Shown piece by piece: positions 39,755 through 51,316 of a stretch of 64,000 nucleotides of DNA. Position 1 is the first letter of the stretch. Every line of letters begins with the position of its first letter. The notes beneath the pieces are model-generated. The model ran no database searches and had not been told where the DNA came from. It saw only the letters and a program-made list of their open reading frames with translations. This stretch comes from Rhodobacter sp. (GTDB taxonomy: Bacteria; Pseudomonadota; Alphaproteobacteria; Rhodobacterales; Rhodobacteraceae), in NCBI GenBank assembly GCA_016704435.1, contig JADJAB010000018.1, positions 3,436-67,435 of the forward strand, given 5' to 3'. Position numbers and translations under genes: made by a program.

Positions 39755-42001
39755 TCAATGCTCCGCATCCCCGTCGAACTCGACGGTAAAGAAGAAATCC
39801 GCCGGCACCTCGCGCTCGTGCAGATCAGGCGGAATGACCGAGGGCCCGGCATTGAACACGGCAGAGCCGAAATGCTGCTGCATCCGGCACAGGCGCTCCA
39901 TCCGTGCCCCGGTCAACTCGTCATAGAAGCGCTGGTAGTTCTCGGTCCCGCGCAGCTCCGCAATCTTTTCCCGGTGACAGGCCACCGAATGGGCATGCGC
40001 GGCGGCAATCTCCGGGTCCGCCATCAGCCGGTCGAATTCGGCCCGCAGGGCAGGGATCATCCGCTGGATCGAGCGGTCCTCGGCGAAATTGTGGTTCATC
40101 CGGAACCAGTAGTTCAGCCCCTGGTCACGATCGACATGGTTCACCCGGCCGCGGTCGCGCTTGACCAGAAAGGACTCGGCGCTGCGCACCGCGTAGTGGT
40201 TCAACTGCACCCAGTCATAGCCATATGTCTCGAATGTCGAACGCCAGCCATTGCGGAACATCTCTTTCGGCATCGGCTTGCCGGACCCGTTCAGCCAGCG
40301 CACCTGATCCCACAGGTCCGGCTTCAACCCCTTCGGCCGATGCACGCCCAGCTTCTTGTAGATCTCGATATTGCGGAACAGCGTCTTGAAGCCCCAGGCC
40401 TGATGCGGCTTCCTGACCACTTCCGGCGCGCAGGAGGTGAACTGGTCCAGCAGGAATTCATCAGCATAGTCATGCACTTCGTTGTTGCCGAACAGCCGCC
40501 AGGTCAGCGCGATCATGTTGGCGCCGGGCATCATTGCCTCCATCGCCGCATAGAGCGCTGTCAGCGTGCCGTCGCCGATCTTGATGTCGATGAACTCATC
40601 CACATCCATGCAGATGCCCCAGGCGCAGTCGCGCATGATCGGCTCGTCCTCCGCCGCTTGCAGGGCGGCATGCTGCGGCTTCAGGTCCATTTCGCGGAAC
40701 GGGTTTTCGCGCCACTGGCACAGGCCCTTGCGCTCCAGCATCTGCAACATGGTGTCGGTGCCGTCCGTGCAGTCGTTGGTGTAGATCAGGAAATCCTCCA
40801 CCCCGATGGCGCGGTGATAGGCGATCCATTCCAGGATGAACGGGCCTTCGTTCTTCATCGTGGTGACGATTGCCGTCCGCCCTGCCTGGTGTGCGTGCGC
40901 GCTGGCGGGCCTGGCCTTCGAGGCCGGCGGCCGCACCGGCTTTGCGCCCAGCACCTCGGCCAGCGCCACCAGCCCCTCATCCTCGATCAGCGCGGTCTTG
41001 GGCGCCAGGGTAGAGGCGGTATCGCCCTGCACCCGCAGCGCCATGGCACGGTAGAAGGGCAGGGCAAGCTTTGGATTCGTATAGGAAATCCGTGTCTGCC
41101 TCCAGGTCTTCTCCAGCCCCAGAACCGCCGGGGCACAGGCCCAGCGGGCCGAGCCGCGGCTGGCATCGAACGGCCGGCAGACATGATCGCCGAAGGACAC
41201 CTCGCGCCCCGGCCGCACCCGCCACGGATAGACGCGCCGGCCCGCCAGCATCACGATGCCGCTTTCCTGCGCCAGATCAAACACATCGGCGTCGTTCTTG
41301 ACACGAACCGGCAGGATGTCGCAGGCCTCCAGCGACAGCACCGCGCGGGCCTGCGACAGATGCCGCCACTTCATCCATTCGTAAAGGATCGCCTCGCCCA
41401 GTGGCGCCAGCCATTCATCCGGTCCGGGCACCTCCATCCGGTCCTTGCCCGGCGCGTCCGGTGCCAGATAGGGATGCGTCTCCGGCCCCTGATCCGGCCT
41501 GCCCGAGGGCAGTGCCAGCGCCACCACCCGGCACCGAACCCGGCCTTCCAGTGCGGCGAGCAGATCGGCCTCGAATCCCGGCCCCGCGGCCGGCGCGCGG
41601 TTCACCACCAGCGCTGCCCCGGCCCCATGGTGCTGCGCGTGGTAAAGGATGCCTTCCGCCACCTGCGCCGCCGTTTCGGCCACCCGCATCAGCATCAGCA
41701 CGTTGCGGCCGGCAAACTCCGCCGCCTGCGCCCCGGCCACCGGCACCACCAGCGCGCCACCATCCGCCAGCGGCAGTCGGAAATCGCCCGCACGCCCCGG
41801 CAGCACCACCATCAGGCCACCGGAAACCTCGCGCAGTTCCGCCACGCCCTGCGTCGCCACCGCCGCCGCATCGCAACTGCCGCCGAAGAACAGCCGCACC
41901 CGGCCGTCATCGCAGAGCAGCCCGTCGAGAAACCGGGGCAGCCCCGCCACCCCCGTCAGCCTCGACGGCACGCCGCCCTGATGTTCACCGCTGAAGCCCA
42001 T
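39755..42001 (-). CDS. two-domain glycosyltransferase (degenerate GT-like N-half plus GT2 C-half)
   Basis: The C-half has TTMKNEG, TNDCTDGT, MDVDEF and NHYAVRSAESFLVKRDRG. The N-half is 400+ aa with AEGILYHAQHHG. Confidence 0.85.
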   Translation of the reverse strand: MGFSGEHQGGVPSRLTGVAGLPRFLDGLLCDDGRVRLFFGGSCDAAAVATQGVAELREVSGGLMVVLPGRAGDFRLPLADGGALVVPVAGAQAAEFAGRNVLMLMRVAETAAQVAEGILYHAQHHGAGAALVVNRAPAAGPGFEADLLAALEGRVRCRVVALALPSGRPDQGPETHPYLAPDAPGKDRMEVPGPDEWLAPLGEAILYEWMKWRHLSQARAVLSLEACDILPVRVKNDADVFDLAQESGIVMLAGRRVYPWRVRPGREVSFGDHVCRPFDASRGSARWACAPAVLGLEKTWRQTRISYTNPKLALPFYRAMALRVQGDTASTLAPKTALIEDEGLVALAEVLGAKPVRPPASKARPASAHAHQAGRTAIVTTMKNEGPFILEWIAYHRAIGVEDFLIYTNDCTDGTDTMLQMLERKGLCQWRENPFREMDLKPQHAALQAAEDEPIMRDCAWGICMDVDEFIDIKIGDGTLTALYAAMEAMMPGANMIALTWRLFGNNEVHDYADEFLLDQFTSCAPEVVRKPHQAWGFKTLFRNIEIYKKLGVHRPKGLKPDLWDQVRWLNGSGKPMPKEMFRNGWRSTFETYGYDWVQLNHYAVRSAESFLVKRDRGRVNHVDRDQGLNYWFRMNHNFAEDRSIQRMIPALRAEFDRLMADPEIAAAHAHSVACHREKIAELRGTENYQRFYDELTGARMERLCRMQQHFGSAVFNAGPSVIPPDLHEREVPADFFFTVEFDGDAEH

Positions 42002-42197
42002 GACGATCTTCCGCCGTCCCCTTTGACCCTTGCTAGCACGAAGCCCGCGCCCTGCCCACCGCCGCCCCGCCGGGCCGCCGCAAAGTGTTGCCCGTCCGAC
42101 TCGCCCCGGACCCGACGCAAGAAACCCCCCTTCGCGGCAGCATCCTGACCGGCTAATGTTGCCGGAACGGAAACGAACCCCGCAGGTGGACGCAGAC

Positions 42198-43070
42198 ATG
42201 ACCCCGGAATATCAGGTTGCCGCCCTTTGGATCGGTGGCCGGCTCAGCTATCTGGAACAGCTTTGCCTGATCTCCTTCGTCCACGCCGGCCAGCACATCC
42301 GGCTTTACACCTATGAGGACATCCCCAACGTCCCCCCCGGTGTCGAGGTCGCCGACGCATCCGAGATCATGCCCCGGCGCACGCCGGTGGTCCACAAGGT
42401 CTCGGGCAGCCCTGCGCCGCAGGCCGACGCCTTCCGCTACCGGATGCTGGCGCAACTGGACCGCACGATCTGGGCCGATACCGACGCCTATTGCGTGAAA
42501 CCCTTCACCACGGCGAACGGCCATTTCCACGGCTGGGAAACGGAAAAGACCATCAACAACGGCGTGCTCGGGCTGCCGCAGGACAGCGAGACGCTGCGCC
42601 TGCTGATCGAACTGACCTCGGACCCGTATCGCATCCCGCCCTACCTGACCCGCGTGCAGACGAGTGAGTTGGAAGCAGCCGCAGCGCGCGGCGAGCCGAT
42701 GCACGCCGGCGAGATGCCCTGGGGGGTTTGGGGGCCGAAGGCGTTGACCCATTTTCTGCATGTCACCGGCGATGAACGCCATTCGCTGCCGCCGGTCGCA
42801 CTCTATCCGTTGCATTTCCGCGACCGGCGGCTGCTGCTGCGCCCGAACTGGGACGGCTCCGAATGCATTACGGACGAAACCTTCTCGATCCACTTCTATG
42901 GCCGCCGGATGCGTCGCCGGCTGGTGACCCATGAAAACGGCATCCCGCGCCCGCGCAGCCTGTTCGGCCAATTGCTGAAGCGCCACGGCATCGACCCGCG
43001 TCTGGCGCCGATTCCGCTGAAACCCGGCGATCCGGGCTTTGGCAGCGATGATGACGACGACGAGGATTGA
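42198..43070 (+). CDS. DXD-motif glycosyltransferase (GT32-like)
   Basis: ALWIGGRLSYLEQLCLISF, ADAFRY, WADTD, INNGVLGLP and WGPKALT motifs. Confidence 0.85.
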   Translation: MTPEYQVAALWIGGRLSYLEQLCLISFVHAGQHIRLYTYEDIPNVPPGVEVADASEIMPRRTPVVHKVSGSPAPQADAFRYRMLAQLDRTIWADTDAYCVKPFTTANGHFHGWETEKTINNGVLGLPQDSETLRLLIELTSDPYRIPPYLTRVQTSELEAAAARGEPMHAGEMPWGVWGPKALTHFLHVTGDERHSLPPVALYPLHFRDRRLLLRPNWDGSECITDETFSIHFYGRRMRRRLVTHENGIPRPRSLFGQLLKRHGIDPRLAPIPLKPGDPGFGSDDDDDED

Positions 43071-43280
43071 TCCGATTCGGCGGCAGTCAGGGTCGCGCCG
43101 GCGGTTTTCCTGCCCGACGGTTGCCATACGCATGCCAGACGTTTGCCAGCCTATCGTTTTCGCTGCGGCAGGCAGACGGATCGCGGCTGATCCATGACCG
43201 GGTGGAATGGTTGACAGCGCGCGCGCAGCTGTCCGGACGGTGCAGATGCGCGGGGCTGGCGAACCCCGCGCGCGCCAAGT

Positions 43281-43320
43281 CTTCTGGAAAAGATCTGCAA
43301 ATTCCTTCGAAGGAATTCGA
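43281..43320. repeat. intergenic palindromic repeat family C, copy 1
   Basis: Perfect palindrome AATTCCTTCGAAGGAATT (43300-43317). A related copy lies at 56757-56800. Confidence 0.65.
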
Positions 43321-43334
43321 CCCCGGCGCAGCCC

Positions 43335-44555
43335 TCAGAAGAACGCCTGCAACCCGGTGATCGCCCGGCCCAGGATCAGCGCATGCACGTCATGCGTGCC
43401 CTCATAGGTGTTCACAGTCTCCAGGTTCACCATGTGGCGCATGATCTGGAAGTCTTCCTGGATGCCGTTGCCGCCATGCATGTCGCGCGCCCAGCGGGCC
43501 GCCTCCAGCGCCTTGCCGCAGTTGTTGCGCTTGATGATCGAGATCATCTCGGGCGCCGCATTCGCCTCGTCCATCAGCCTTCCCACCCGCAGGCAGGCCT
43601 GCAGTCCCAGGCTGATTTCGGTCATCATATTGGCCAGCTTCAGCTGGAAAAGCTGTGTCTGTGCAATGGGTTTGCCGAACTGCTTGCGGTCCAGCCCATA
43701 GCCTCGCGCCGCCTGCATGCAGAACTCCGCCGACCCCATAACCCCCCAGGCAATGCCATAGCGCGCCCGGTTCAAACAGCCGAACGGACCCTTCAGCCCC
43801 TCGACATGCGGCAGCAGCGCGTCCTCGCCGACTTCCACATTGTCCATCACGATCTCGCCGGTGATCGAGGCCCTGAGCGACAGTTTGCCCCCCACTTTCG
43901 GCGCCGACAGTCCCTTTGTGCCCTTGTCCAGCACGAAGCCCTTGATCTTGCCGCCATGCGCCTCCGACTTGGCCCAGACCACGAAGACATCCGCGATCGG
44001 TGCGTTCGAGATCCACATCTTGGCGCCGTTCAGCACATATCCAGAAGCGGTCTTCTTCGCCGTGGTCTTCATGCCCGCCGGGTCCGACCCCGCGTCCGGC
44101 TCGGTCAGGCCGAAACAACCGATCCACTGACCGGACGCCAGCTTCGGCAGGTATTTTTTGCGTTGTTCTTCCGTGCCATAGGCATAGATCGGATACATCA
44201 CCAGGCTGGACTGCACGCTCATCATGCTGCGATAGCCCGAGTCGACCCGCTCCACCTCGCGCGCCACCAGGCCGTAGGCGACATAGGACGCGCCAAGCCC
44301 GCCGTATTCCTCGGGCACGGTCACGCCCAGAAGCCCCATCTCGCCCATCTCGGCAAAGATGCCGGGGTCGGTCTTTTCCTCGCGGTAGGCGGCAATCACG
44401 CGCGGCTGCAGCTTTTCCTGCGCATAGGCCCGCGCGCCGTCGCGCAGCATCCGCTCTTCCTCGGTCAGCTGGTCGTTCAGCCGGAACGGGTCTTCCCAGT
44501 CAAAACGGCCCAGATCGGGGGCATCCTTGGCTTTCAGCTTGGGCCTGTCAGTCAT
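43335..44555 (-). CDS. gcdH: glutaryl-CoA dehydrogenase
   Basis: [38 protein letters not shown] and [17 protein letters not shown] motifs. Confidence 0.93.
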   Translation of the reverse strand: MTDRPKLKAKDAPDLGRFDWEDPFRLNDQLTEEERMLRDGARAYAQEKLQPRVIAAYREEKTDPGIFAEMGEMGLLGVTVPEEYGGLGASYVAYGLVAREVERVDSGYRSMMSVQSSLVMYPIYAYGTEEQRKKYLPKLASGQWIGCFGLTEPDAGSDPAGMKTTAKKTASGYVLNGAKMWISNAPIADVFVVWAKSEAHGGKIKGFVLDKGTKGLSAPKVGGKLSLRASITGEIVMDNVEVGEDALLPHVEGLKGPFGCLNRARYGIAWGVMGSAEFCMQAARGYGLDRKQFGKPIAQTQLFQLKLANMMTEISLGLQACLRVGRLMDEANAAPEMISIIKRNNCGKALEAARWARDMHGGNGIQEDFQIMRHMVNLETVNTYEGTHDVHALILGRAITGLQAFF

Positions 44556-44665
44556 GGCGGAATTCCTTTGCGTTCGCGGTGGCAACCAATTCTTCAGCAT
44601 CCTTGCATGAAATCGCCAAATCCCCTATCGAAACGGCGTAAGGAAAATATGAGGAAACCTCATAA

Positions 44666-45577
44666 ATGCTTCCCCGCCGCTACCTGCCCTCGATCCCCTC
44701 TCTGCTGGCCCTCGAGGCGCTGGACCGCCTCGGCACCGCCTCTTCCGCCGCAGCAGAGCTGTCGCTGACACAAGGCGCGATATCCAAGCAATTACAAGTG
44801 CTTGAAGGCCAGCTTGGGGTTTCCTTGCTGATCCGCGAAGGCAAGCGGCTGATCCTGACCCCCGCCGCCCGGGATTTCGTCTTGCAGGCCCGCAACGCCT
44901 TAAAAACGCTTACAGACGCCTCACTCACCTTGCGCGCCAATCCCAGGGGCGGGGCGCTGAACCTGGCTATATTGCCCGCCTTCGGGATGCATTGGCTGGC
45001 GCCCCGTCTCGCCGCCTTTTCGCGCGCCCATCCGGAGGTGACGATCAACCTGTCCACCCGGCTGCGCCCGTTCGATTTCGCCGCCACCGCCTTTGACGCC
45101 GCCATCCACTATGGCCGCCAGGATTGGCCCGGCGTTTCATATCTGAAACTCATGGATGAAGAGATCATGGCCGTTGCCGCGCCCCGGCTTCTGCCCAAAC
45201 CCCTGCCCAGCGCCGCCGCAGTCCTCGACCACCCGCTGATGCAGCTGGAAAGCCGCACCGGCGACTGGTCGCGCTGGCTGGCCCGTCACGGCCATCTCGG
45301 CCTGCGCCCCCCGGCCATGCTCTTCGACCAGTTCGCCACCATGGCCCAGGCGGCGGTGCACGGGCTTGGCCTTGCGCTGCTGCCAGGGTTCCTGATCGGC
45401 GACGATCTGGCTTCCGGCCGGCTGATCCCGGCCTTCGGCCCGCCCGTCCGTGCGCTGGGCAGCTATTACCTGGTCTGGCCGCAGCACCGCCCGGAACGCG
45501 CGCCGCTGGCCTCGTTCCGCGCCTGGCTGACGGATCAGGCAGTGGACCTTGGTCGCAAGAACGGATCGCCCGCTTGA
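44666..45577 (+). CDS. LysR-family regulator (GcvA-like), divergent from gcdH
   Basis: HTH LSLTQGAISKQ and WLAPRL motifs. Confidence 0.92.
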   Translation: MLPRRYLPSIPSLLALEALDRLGTASSAAAELSLTQGAISKQLQVLEGQLGVSLLIREGKRLILTPAARDFVLQARNALKTLTDASLTLRANPRGGALNLAILPAFGMHWLAPRLAAFSRAHPEVTINLSTRLRPFDFAATAFDAAIHYGRQDWPGVSYLKLMDEEIMAVAAPRLLPKPLPSAAAVLDHPLMQLESRTGDWSRWLARHGHLGLRPPAMLFDQFATMAQAAVHGLGLALLPGFLIGDDLASGRLIPAFGPPVRALGSYYLVWPQHRPERAPLASFRAWLTDQAVDLGRKNGSPA

Positions 45578-45625
45578 CCCGCACGCCCTCGCGCCGCAGC
45601 ATCGGCGGACCATGAAGGACACGCC

Positions 45626-46537
45626 ATGACCGCACTGCCCGACACGATCGACGCTGTCGAAACCCTGCTTGCCGGGCAGGATTACCTCGCTTCCCGCGCC
45701 CTTGCCACGGTGGTCTTCCTGTCGCTCAAACTCGGCCGGCCGCTGTTTCTGGAAGGCGAGGCCGGCGTCGGGAAGACCGAAATCGCCAAGGCCATCGCCG
45801 CGGCATTGGGTCGCCGCCTGATCCGCCTGCAATGCTACGAAGGCCTCGACGCCGCCTCGGCCGTGGCCGAATGGAACTTTGCTGCGCAGATGATCGCCAT
45901 CCGCACCGCCGAAGCGCAAGGCGGCGCCGACCGCGACGCTCTGAAATCCGAGCTTTTCACCGAAGACTACCTGATCGCGCGCCCGCTTCTGGAAGCCATG
46001 CGTCCGCAACCGGGCGGCGCCCCGGTTCTTCTGATCGACGAACTTGACCGCACCGATGAGCCGTTCGAAGCCTTCCTGCTCGAAGCCCTCTCCGACTTCC
46101 AGGTCACCATCCCCGAGCTTGGCACGATCCGCGCCCCCGAACCCCCGATCGTCATCCTGACTTCGAACCGCACCCGCGAGGTGCATGACGCGCTGAAACG
46201 CCGCTGCCTCTACCATTGGGTCGACTACCCCGCCTTTGCCCGCGAACTGGCCATCCTGAAGGCCCGCGCGCCCGAAGCGCAAGACCAGCTCTCACGCGAA
46301 GTCGTCGCCTTCGTCCAGCGCCTGCGGCACGAAGACCTGTTCAAGAAACCCGGTGTCGCGGAAACCATCGACTGGGCCAAATGCCTGCTTGCCCTCGACG
46401 TGATCGCGCTTTCCCCCGAAGTCATCTCCGACACCCTTGGCGCGATCCTGAAATACCAGGACGACATCCAGAGGATCGAAGGCGCGGAAGCCGGGCGCCT
46501 CTTGGAAGAGGTCAGGCGCGACCTCACCCCGGCATGA
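45626..46537 (+). CDS. MoxR-family AAA+ ATPase (CoxD-like)
   Basis: LEGEAGVGKT, LQCYEGLD, LLIDELDR and LKRRCLYHW motifs. Confidence 0.92.
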   Translation: MTALPDTIDAVETLLAGQDYLASRALATVVFLSLKLGRPLFLEGEAGVGKTEIAKAIAAALGRRLIRLQCYEGLDAASAVAEWNFAAQMIAIRTAEAQGGADRDALKSELFTEDYLIARPLLEAMRPQPGGAPVLLIDELDRTDEPFEAFLLEALSDFQVTIPELGTIRAPEPPIVILTSNRTREVHDALKRRCLYHWVDYPAFARELAILKARAPEAQDQLSREVVAFVQRLRHEDLFKKPGVAETIDWAKCLLALDVIALSPEVISDTLGAILKYQDDIQRIEGAEAGRLLEEVRRDLTPA

Positions 46538-46539
46538 TG

Positions 46540-46593
46540 CTTCATCTTGGCGGAAATACTCCACAGGGGGTCCGGGGGGTGTGAAACCCCCCG
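46540..46593. repeat. intergenic repeat family A copy plus hairpin
   Basis: CTTCATCTTGGCGGAAATACTCC followed by the stem CCGGGGGG-TGTGAAA-CCCCCCGG. Confidence 0.75.
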
Positions 46594-46602
46594 GTTGCAA
46601 CA

Positions 46603-47853
46603 ATGGCCGAATACGCCGATCTCAGCCTTCCCGAAGACGGCAAACTGGCCGAGAACATCGCCCATTTCGCCCGTGCCCTGCGCAAGGCGGGCCTGCCGGT
46701 CGGCCCCGGCCGCACTCTGGACGCCGTCCGCGCCGTCGCCGCCGCCGGCTTCGACCGGCGCGAGGATTTCTTCCACACCTTGCAGGCCGTCTTCGTCTCG
46801 CGCCCCGAAGAACGCCTGGTCTTCGCCCAGATCTTTCGTCTCTTCTGGCGCGACCCGCGCTATCTTGACCATATGATGAGCCTGCTGTTGCCGCAGATCA
46901 GCGGCGTACAGGAGGACCGCGCCGCGCAGGCGGCCGAAAAACGCGCCGCCGAGGCGCTGCTGGACGGCCAGTTGCCACCGCCGCCCGAGGACACCGAAGA
47001 GGCCGCGAAGATCGAGGTCGACGCCACTTCCACCATGTCCACCGAGGAACGGCTGAAAACGCTGGACTTCGAGCAGATGTCCACCCGGGAAATCGACGAG
47101 GCCAAGCGGATGCTCGCCCGGCTTGCCCTTCCGGTGAAACCGCTGGTTACCCGCCGCACCCGCGCCGCCAGCCTTGGCACCGGCATCGACAGTCGCCGCA
47201 CTCTGCGCGAGGCTTTGCGCCGCGGCGGCGAGATCGCCCGGCTTGCGCGGAAAAAGCCCGTCACCCGCTGGCCCAACCTGATCGTCCTGTGCGACATTTC
47301 CGGCTCGATGTCGGATTACTCCCGCATGGTGCTGCACTTCGTCCATGCCGTCGCCAACCGCAAGGGTCAGGGCTGGGCGCGCGTCCACGCCTTCACCTTC
47401 GGCACGCGGCTGACCAACATCACACGCCATCTGCGCGCCCGCGATGTCGATGCGGCGCTGAAGGCTGCTGGCGCCGAGGCGCAGGACTGGTCCGGCGGCA
47501 CACGGATCGGCGCCAGCCTTCATGCCTTCAATCGCGACTGGTCGCGCCGGGTGCTGGGGCAGGGGGCGGTGGTGCTGCTGATCACCGATGGCCTCGACCG
47601 TGACGATACCGGGCAGTTGTCGCGGGAAATCGACCGGCTGCACCTGTCGTGCCGCCGGTTGATCTGGCTGAACCCGCTCTTGCGCTGGACCGGCTTCGCG
47701 CCAAAAGCCGCCGGCATCCGCGCCATGCTGCCGCATGTCGACAGCTTTCGCGCCGGCCATTCCATCGCCTCGCTGGAGGCGCTGGGCCGGGCGATCTCGG
47801 ACCCCGGCGATGGCGGCGAGAAGGCCCGACTGATGGCGCTGATCGCGGATTGA
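46603..47853 (+). CDS. VWA-domain protein (CoxE-like)
   Basis: LCDISGSM MIDAS, FTFGTRLT, WSGGTRIG and ITDGLD motifs. Confidence 0.92.
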   Translation: MAEYADLSLPEDGKLAENIAHFARALRKAGLPVGPGRTLDAVRAVAAAGFDRREDFFHTLQAVFVSRPEERLVFAQIFRLFWRDPRYLDHMMSLLLPQISGVQEDRAAQAAEKRAAEALLDGQLPPPPEDTEEAAKIEVDATSTMSTEERLKTLDFEQMSTREIDEAKRMLARLALPVKPLVTRRTRAASLGTGIDSRRTLREALRRGGEIARLARKKPVTRWPNLIVLCDISGSMSDYSRMVLHFVHAVANRKGQGWARVHAFTFGTRLTNITRHLRARDVDAALKAAGAEAQDWSGGTRIGASLHAFNRDWSRRVLGQGAVVLLITDGLDRDDTGQLSREIDRLHLSCRRLIWLNPLLRWTGFAPKAAGIRAMLPHVDSFRAGHSIASLEALGRAISDPGDGGEKARLMALIAD

Positions 47854-48011
47854 GCGTCCGGTGACGCCCCGCGTCGGCGGAACCCCACCCGGTTTTCGGC
47901 GTTGATATGGCATAACGACCGCCCGATCCCCTAGTGTCGTGGCAATCGTGACGGCGGCAGGGGCGGGAATCGGCCCGCCCCGGGACCGTCGCGCAAAGAA
48001 AAGGACCTGGA

Positions 48012-50060
48012 ATGCGCAAGCTTCTGACCTGCTCGACCGCCCTTTCGCTGGCGCTGTCATCCTTCCACACGCTTCCTGCCCAGGCCCAGACGCTGGCCGA
48101 AGACGGCTCGGTCATGGGTCCGGACGGAAGCGTCCTCTGCGTGCCGACGGCCGAAGCGGCCTGCGATCTGGAGGCGATCACAAAGGCGTTGCAAGCCGTC
48201 GCCGCGCAGGAAGAAGCCGAAGCCGCGGCCGCCGCCGCCGCCGAGGAAGCCGCAAGGGCCGAGGCTCAGGCTGCCGCAGATGTCGCCGCGGCCGCCGCTG
48301 CCGAGGAAGCCGCAAAGGCCGAGGCTCAGGCTGCCGCTGATGCCGCCGCGGCCGCCGCTGCCGAGGAAGCCGCAAAGGCCGAGGCGGAGGCTCAGGCCGC
48401 TGCCGTTGCTGCCGCCGAGGAAGCCGCGAATGCCGAGGCCGAAGCTCAGGCCGCTGCCGCTGACGCCGCCGCTGAGGAAGCCGCAAAGGCCGAGGCGGAG
48501 GCTCAGGCTGCTGCCGTTGCTGCCGCCGAGGAAGCCGCGAAGGCCGAGGCCGAGGCTGCTGCTGACGCCGCTGCCGCTGCCGAGGAAGCTGCGAAGGCCG
48601 AGGCCGAGGCTCAGGCTGCCGCCAACGCTGCCGCAGCGGAGGAAGCTGCGAAGGCCGAAGCTCAGGCTGCTGCTGACGCCGCTGCCGCCGAGGAAGCCGC
48701 GAAGGCCGAGGCCGAGGCCGAGGCTCAGGCCGCCGAGGAACCGACCGCAACGGAAGAGGCCGTCCCGGAGGAAACCGTCGCCGAGGTGCCGGTCGAGGTG
48801 GCCGAGCCTGTAGCCGAGCCTGTAGCCGAGCCTGTGGACGTGCCGGAAGTGAGCGCGGAAGCAGCGGAAAGCCTGGCCGGCATCCTTGGCACGCCTTCGG
48901 TCAGCGAAGAGATCGCCGACGGCGCGGCCGCCGACGATACCGCCGAAGCGACGGCTGAAGAGGTCCCGGTGGTTCCTGTCGCCGCCGCGGCAGCCGAGGA
49001 AGCCGCAGGCGAGACGACCAAGGCAACCTCGGACGCGGCTTTCGCCGAACCTGTCGCGGTGATCGAGGAAATCGTCTCGGAAGAAACCGCGCGCTCGTCG
49101 GACGAGGAATTCGCCGCCGCCCCCGTCGCGGTCTCGAACGGCAAGAAATCCGGCCTTTCGGACCTTGAAAAGGTCGGCCTGCTGGCGCTTGGCGCACTGG
49201 TTGTCGGCGCAATCATCAACGAGGGCAAGAAGGACGAACGCCGGGTCGTGTCGAACTCCGGCGACCGGGTGGTGGTGGAAAATCCCGACGGCAGCTATGT
49301 CGTCTACAAGGACGATGACGCCATCCTGCGCCGCCCCGGTGTGCGCACGGTGACCGAAACCTACAGCGACGGCTCCACCCGCACCGTGGTGCAGCGCGCC
49401 GACGGCACCGAAGTGGTGACGATCCGCGATGCCTCGGGCCGGGTGCTGCGCCGCGCGCATTATGACCGCAACGGCAACGAGATGGTGCTGATCGACGACC
49501 TCTACCCCGAAGAGCGCATCGACATCACCGAATTGCCGGCACCGCGTCCGGGCCGGGTGACGATCTCGACCGCCGACGGCGATGCGGCGCTGAAGGCCGA
49601 GATGGCGGCGCTGGAGGCCGAAAGCCTGGGCCGCAAGTTCAGTCTGCGCCAGATCCGCGAGATCCGCGAAGTACGCGCGCTGTCGGCGACGATCGAGGTG
49701 GACAGCATCACCTTCGACACCGGATCGGCCGCGATCAAGGCGACCGAGGCGCGCAAGCTGGCCGATATCGGCCGGTTGATGGAGGAACTGCTGGCGGCGA
49801 ACCCGGCCGAGGTCTTCCTGGTCGAGGGCCATACAGATGCGGTCGGGTCAGCCGCTTCGAATCTGTCGTTGTCCGACCGAAGGGCGGAATCCCTGGCGCT
49901 GGCTCTGACCGAATATTTCGGCATCCCACCCGAGAATCTGGTGATCCAGGGCTATGGCGAATCAGAGCTGAAGGTGGAAAGCGCCGGCGACGAGCGTGCA
50001 AACCGGCGCGTGGTGGTGCGGCTGATCACGCCCCTGATGCGGGTGGCCGATCTGCGCTGA
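48012..50060 (+). CDS. OmpA-family periplasmic protein with a long Ala/Glu/Lys repeat linker
   Basis: Signal peptide, tandem EEAAKAEAQAAA repeats and a C-terminal OmpA domain (VEGHTDAVG, LSDRRA, GYGE, NRRV). Confidence 0.9.
   Translation: MRKLLTCSTALSLALSSFHTLPAQAQTLAEDGSVMGPDGSVLCVPTAEAACDLEAITKALQAVAAQEEAEAAAAAAAEEAARAEAQAAADVAAAAAAEEAAKAEAQAAADAAAAAAAEEAAKAEAEAQAAAVAAAEEAANAEAEAQAAAADAAAEEAAKAEAEAQAAAVAAAEEAAKAEAEAAADAAAAAEEAAKAEAEAQAAANAAAAEEAAKAEAQAAADAAAAEEAAKAEAEAEAQAAEEPTATEEAVPEETVAEVPVEVAEPVAEPVAEPVDVPEVSAEAAESLAGILGTPSVSEEIADGAAADDTAEATAEEVPVVPVAAAAAEEAAGETTKATSDAAFAEPVAVIEEIVSEETARSSDEEFAAAPVAVSNGKKSGLSDLEKVGLLALGALVVGAIINEGKKDERRVVSNSGDRVVVENPDGSYVVYKDDDAILRRPGVRTVTETYSDGSTRTVVQRADGTEVVTIRDASGRVLRRAHYDRNGNEMVLIDDLYPEERIDITELPAPRPGRVTISTADGDAALKAEMAALEAESLGRKFSLRQIREIREVRALSATIEVDSITFDTGSAAIKATEARKLADIGRLMEELLAANPAEVFLVEGHTDAVGSAASNLSLSDRRAESLALALTEYFGIPPENLVIQGYGESELKVESAGDERANRRVVVRLITPLMRVADLR
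48215..48735 (+). repeat. intragenic tandem repeats (~9 units, AAAAEEAAKAEA(E)AQA)
   Basis: Repeated gccgaggaagccgcaaaggccgagg units. A 12-bp EPVA repeat x3 lies near 48804-48836. Confidence 0.9.
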
Positions 50061-50326
50061 ACTGACCTTGATCAATGCGGCGTGGGGGCGGCGCGTCAAG
50101 GATCGCGTCAGGGATGCCGCCCCTTCCCTGGCGGTGCCCCTGATCCGGCGAAACTCTCCGTCGTTCGCCGGGCCCATGGCCCGGTCCGAAGCCCTGCCTT
50201 CGTGGCGGTGCCCTGATCTTCTTTCCGTGGTTTTGCGGCCCTGGGTCACCTCACCCTGGCGTTCGACCTTTTGCGCTGGCCGAAGGGCCGCCCGCGCGGC
50301 ATCATCCGCAGGCAGGAGGATTTGCG

Positions 50327-51315
<989 letters not shown>

Positions 51316-51316
<1 letters not shown>

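Noticed and set aside
48215-48735. Tandem repeat as a possible CRISPR or non-coding array
   Set aside because: In-frame coding repeats of the OmpA-family protein.
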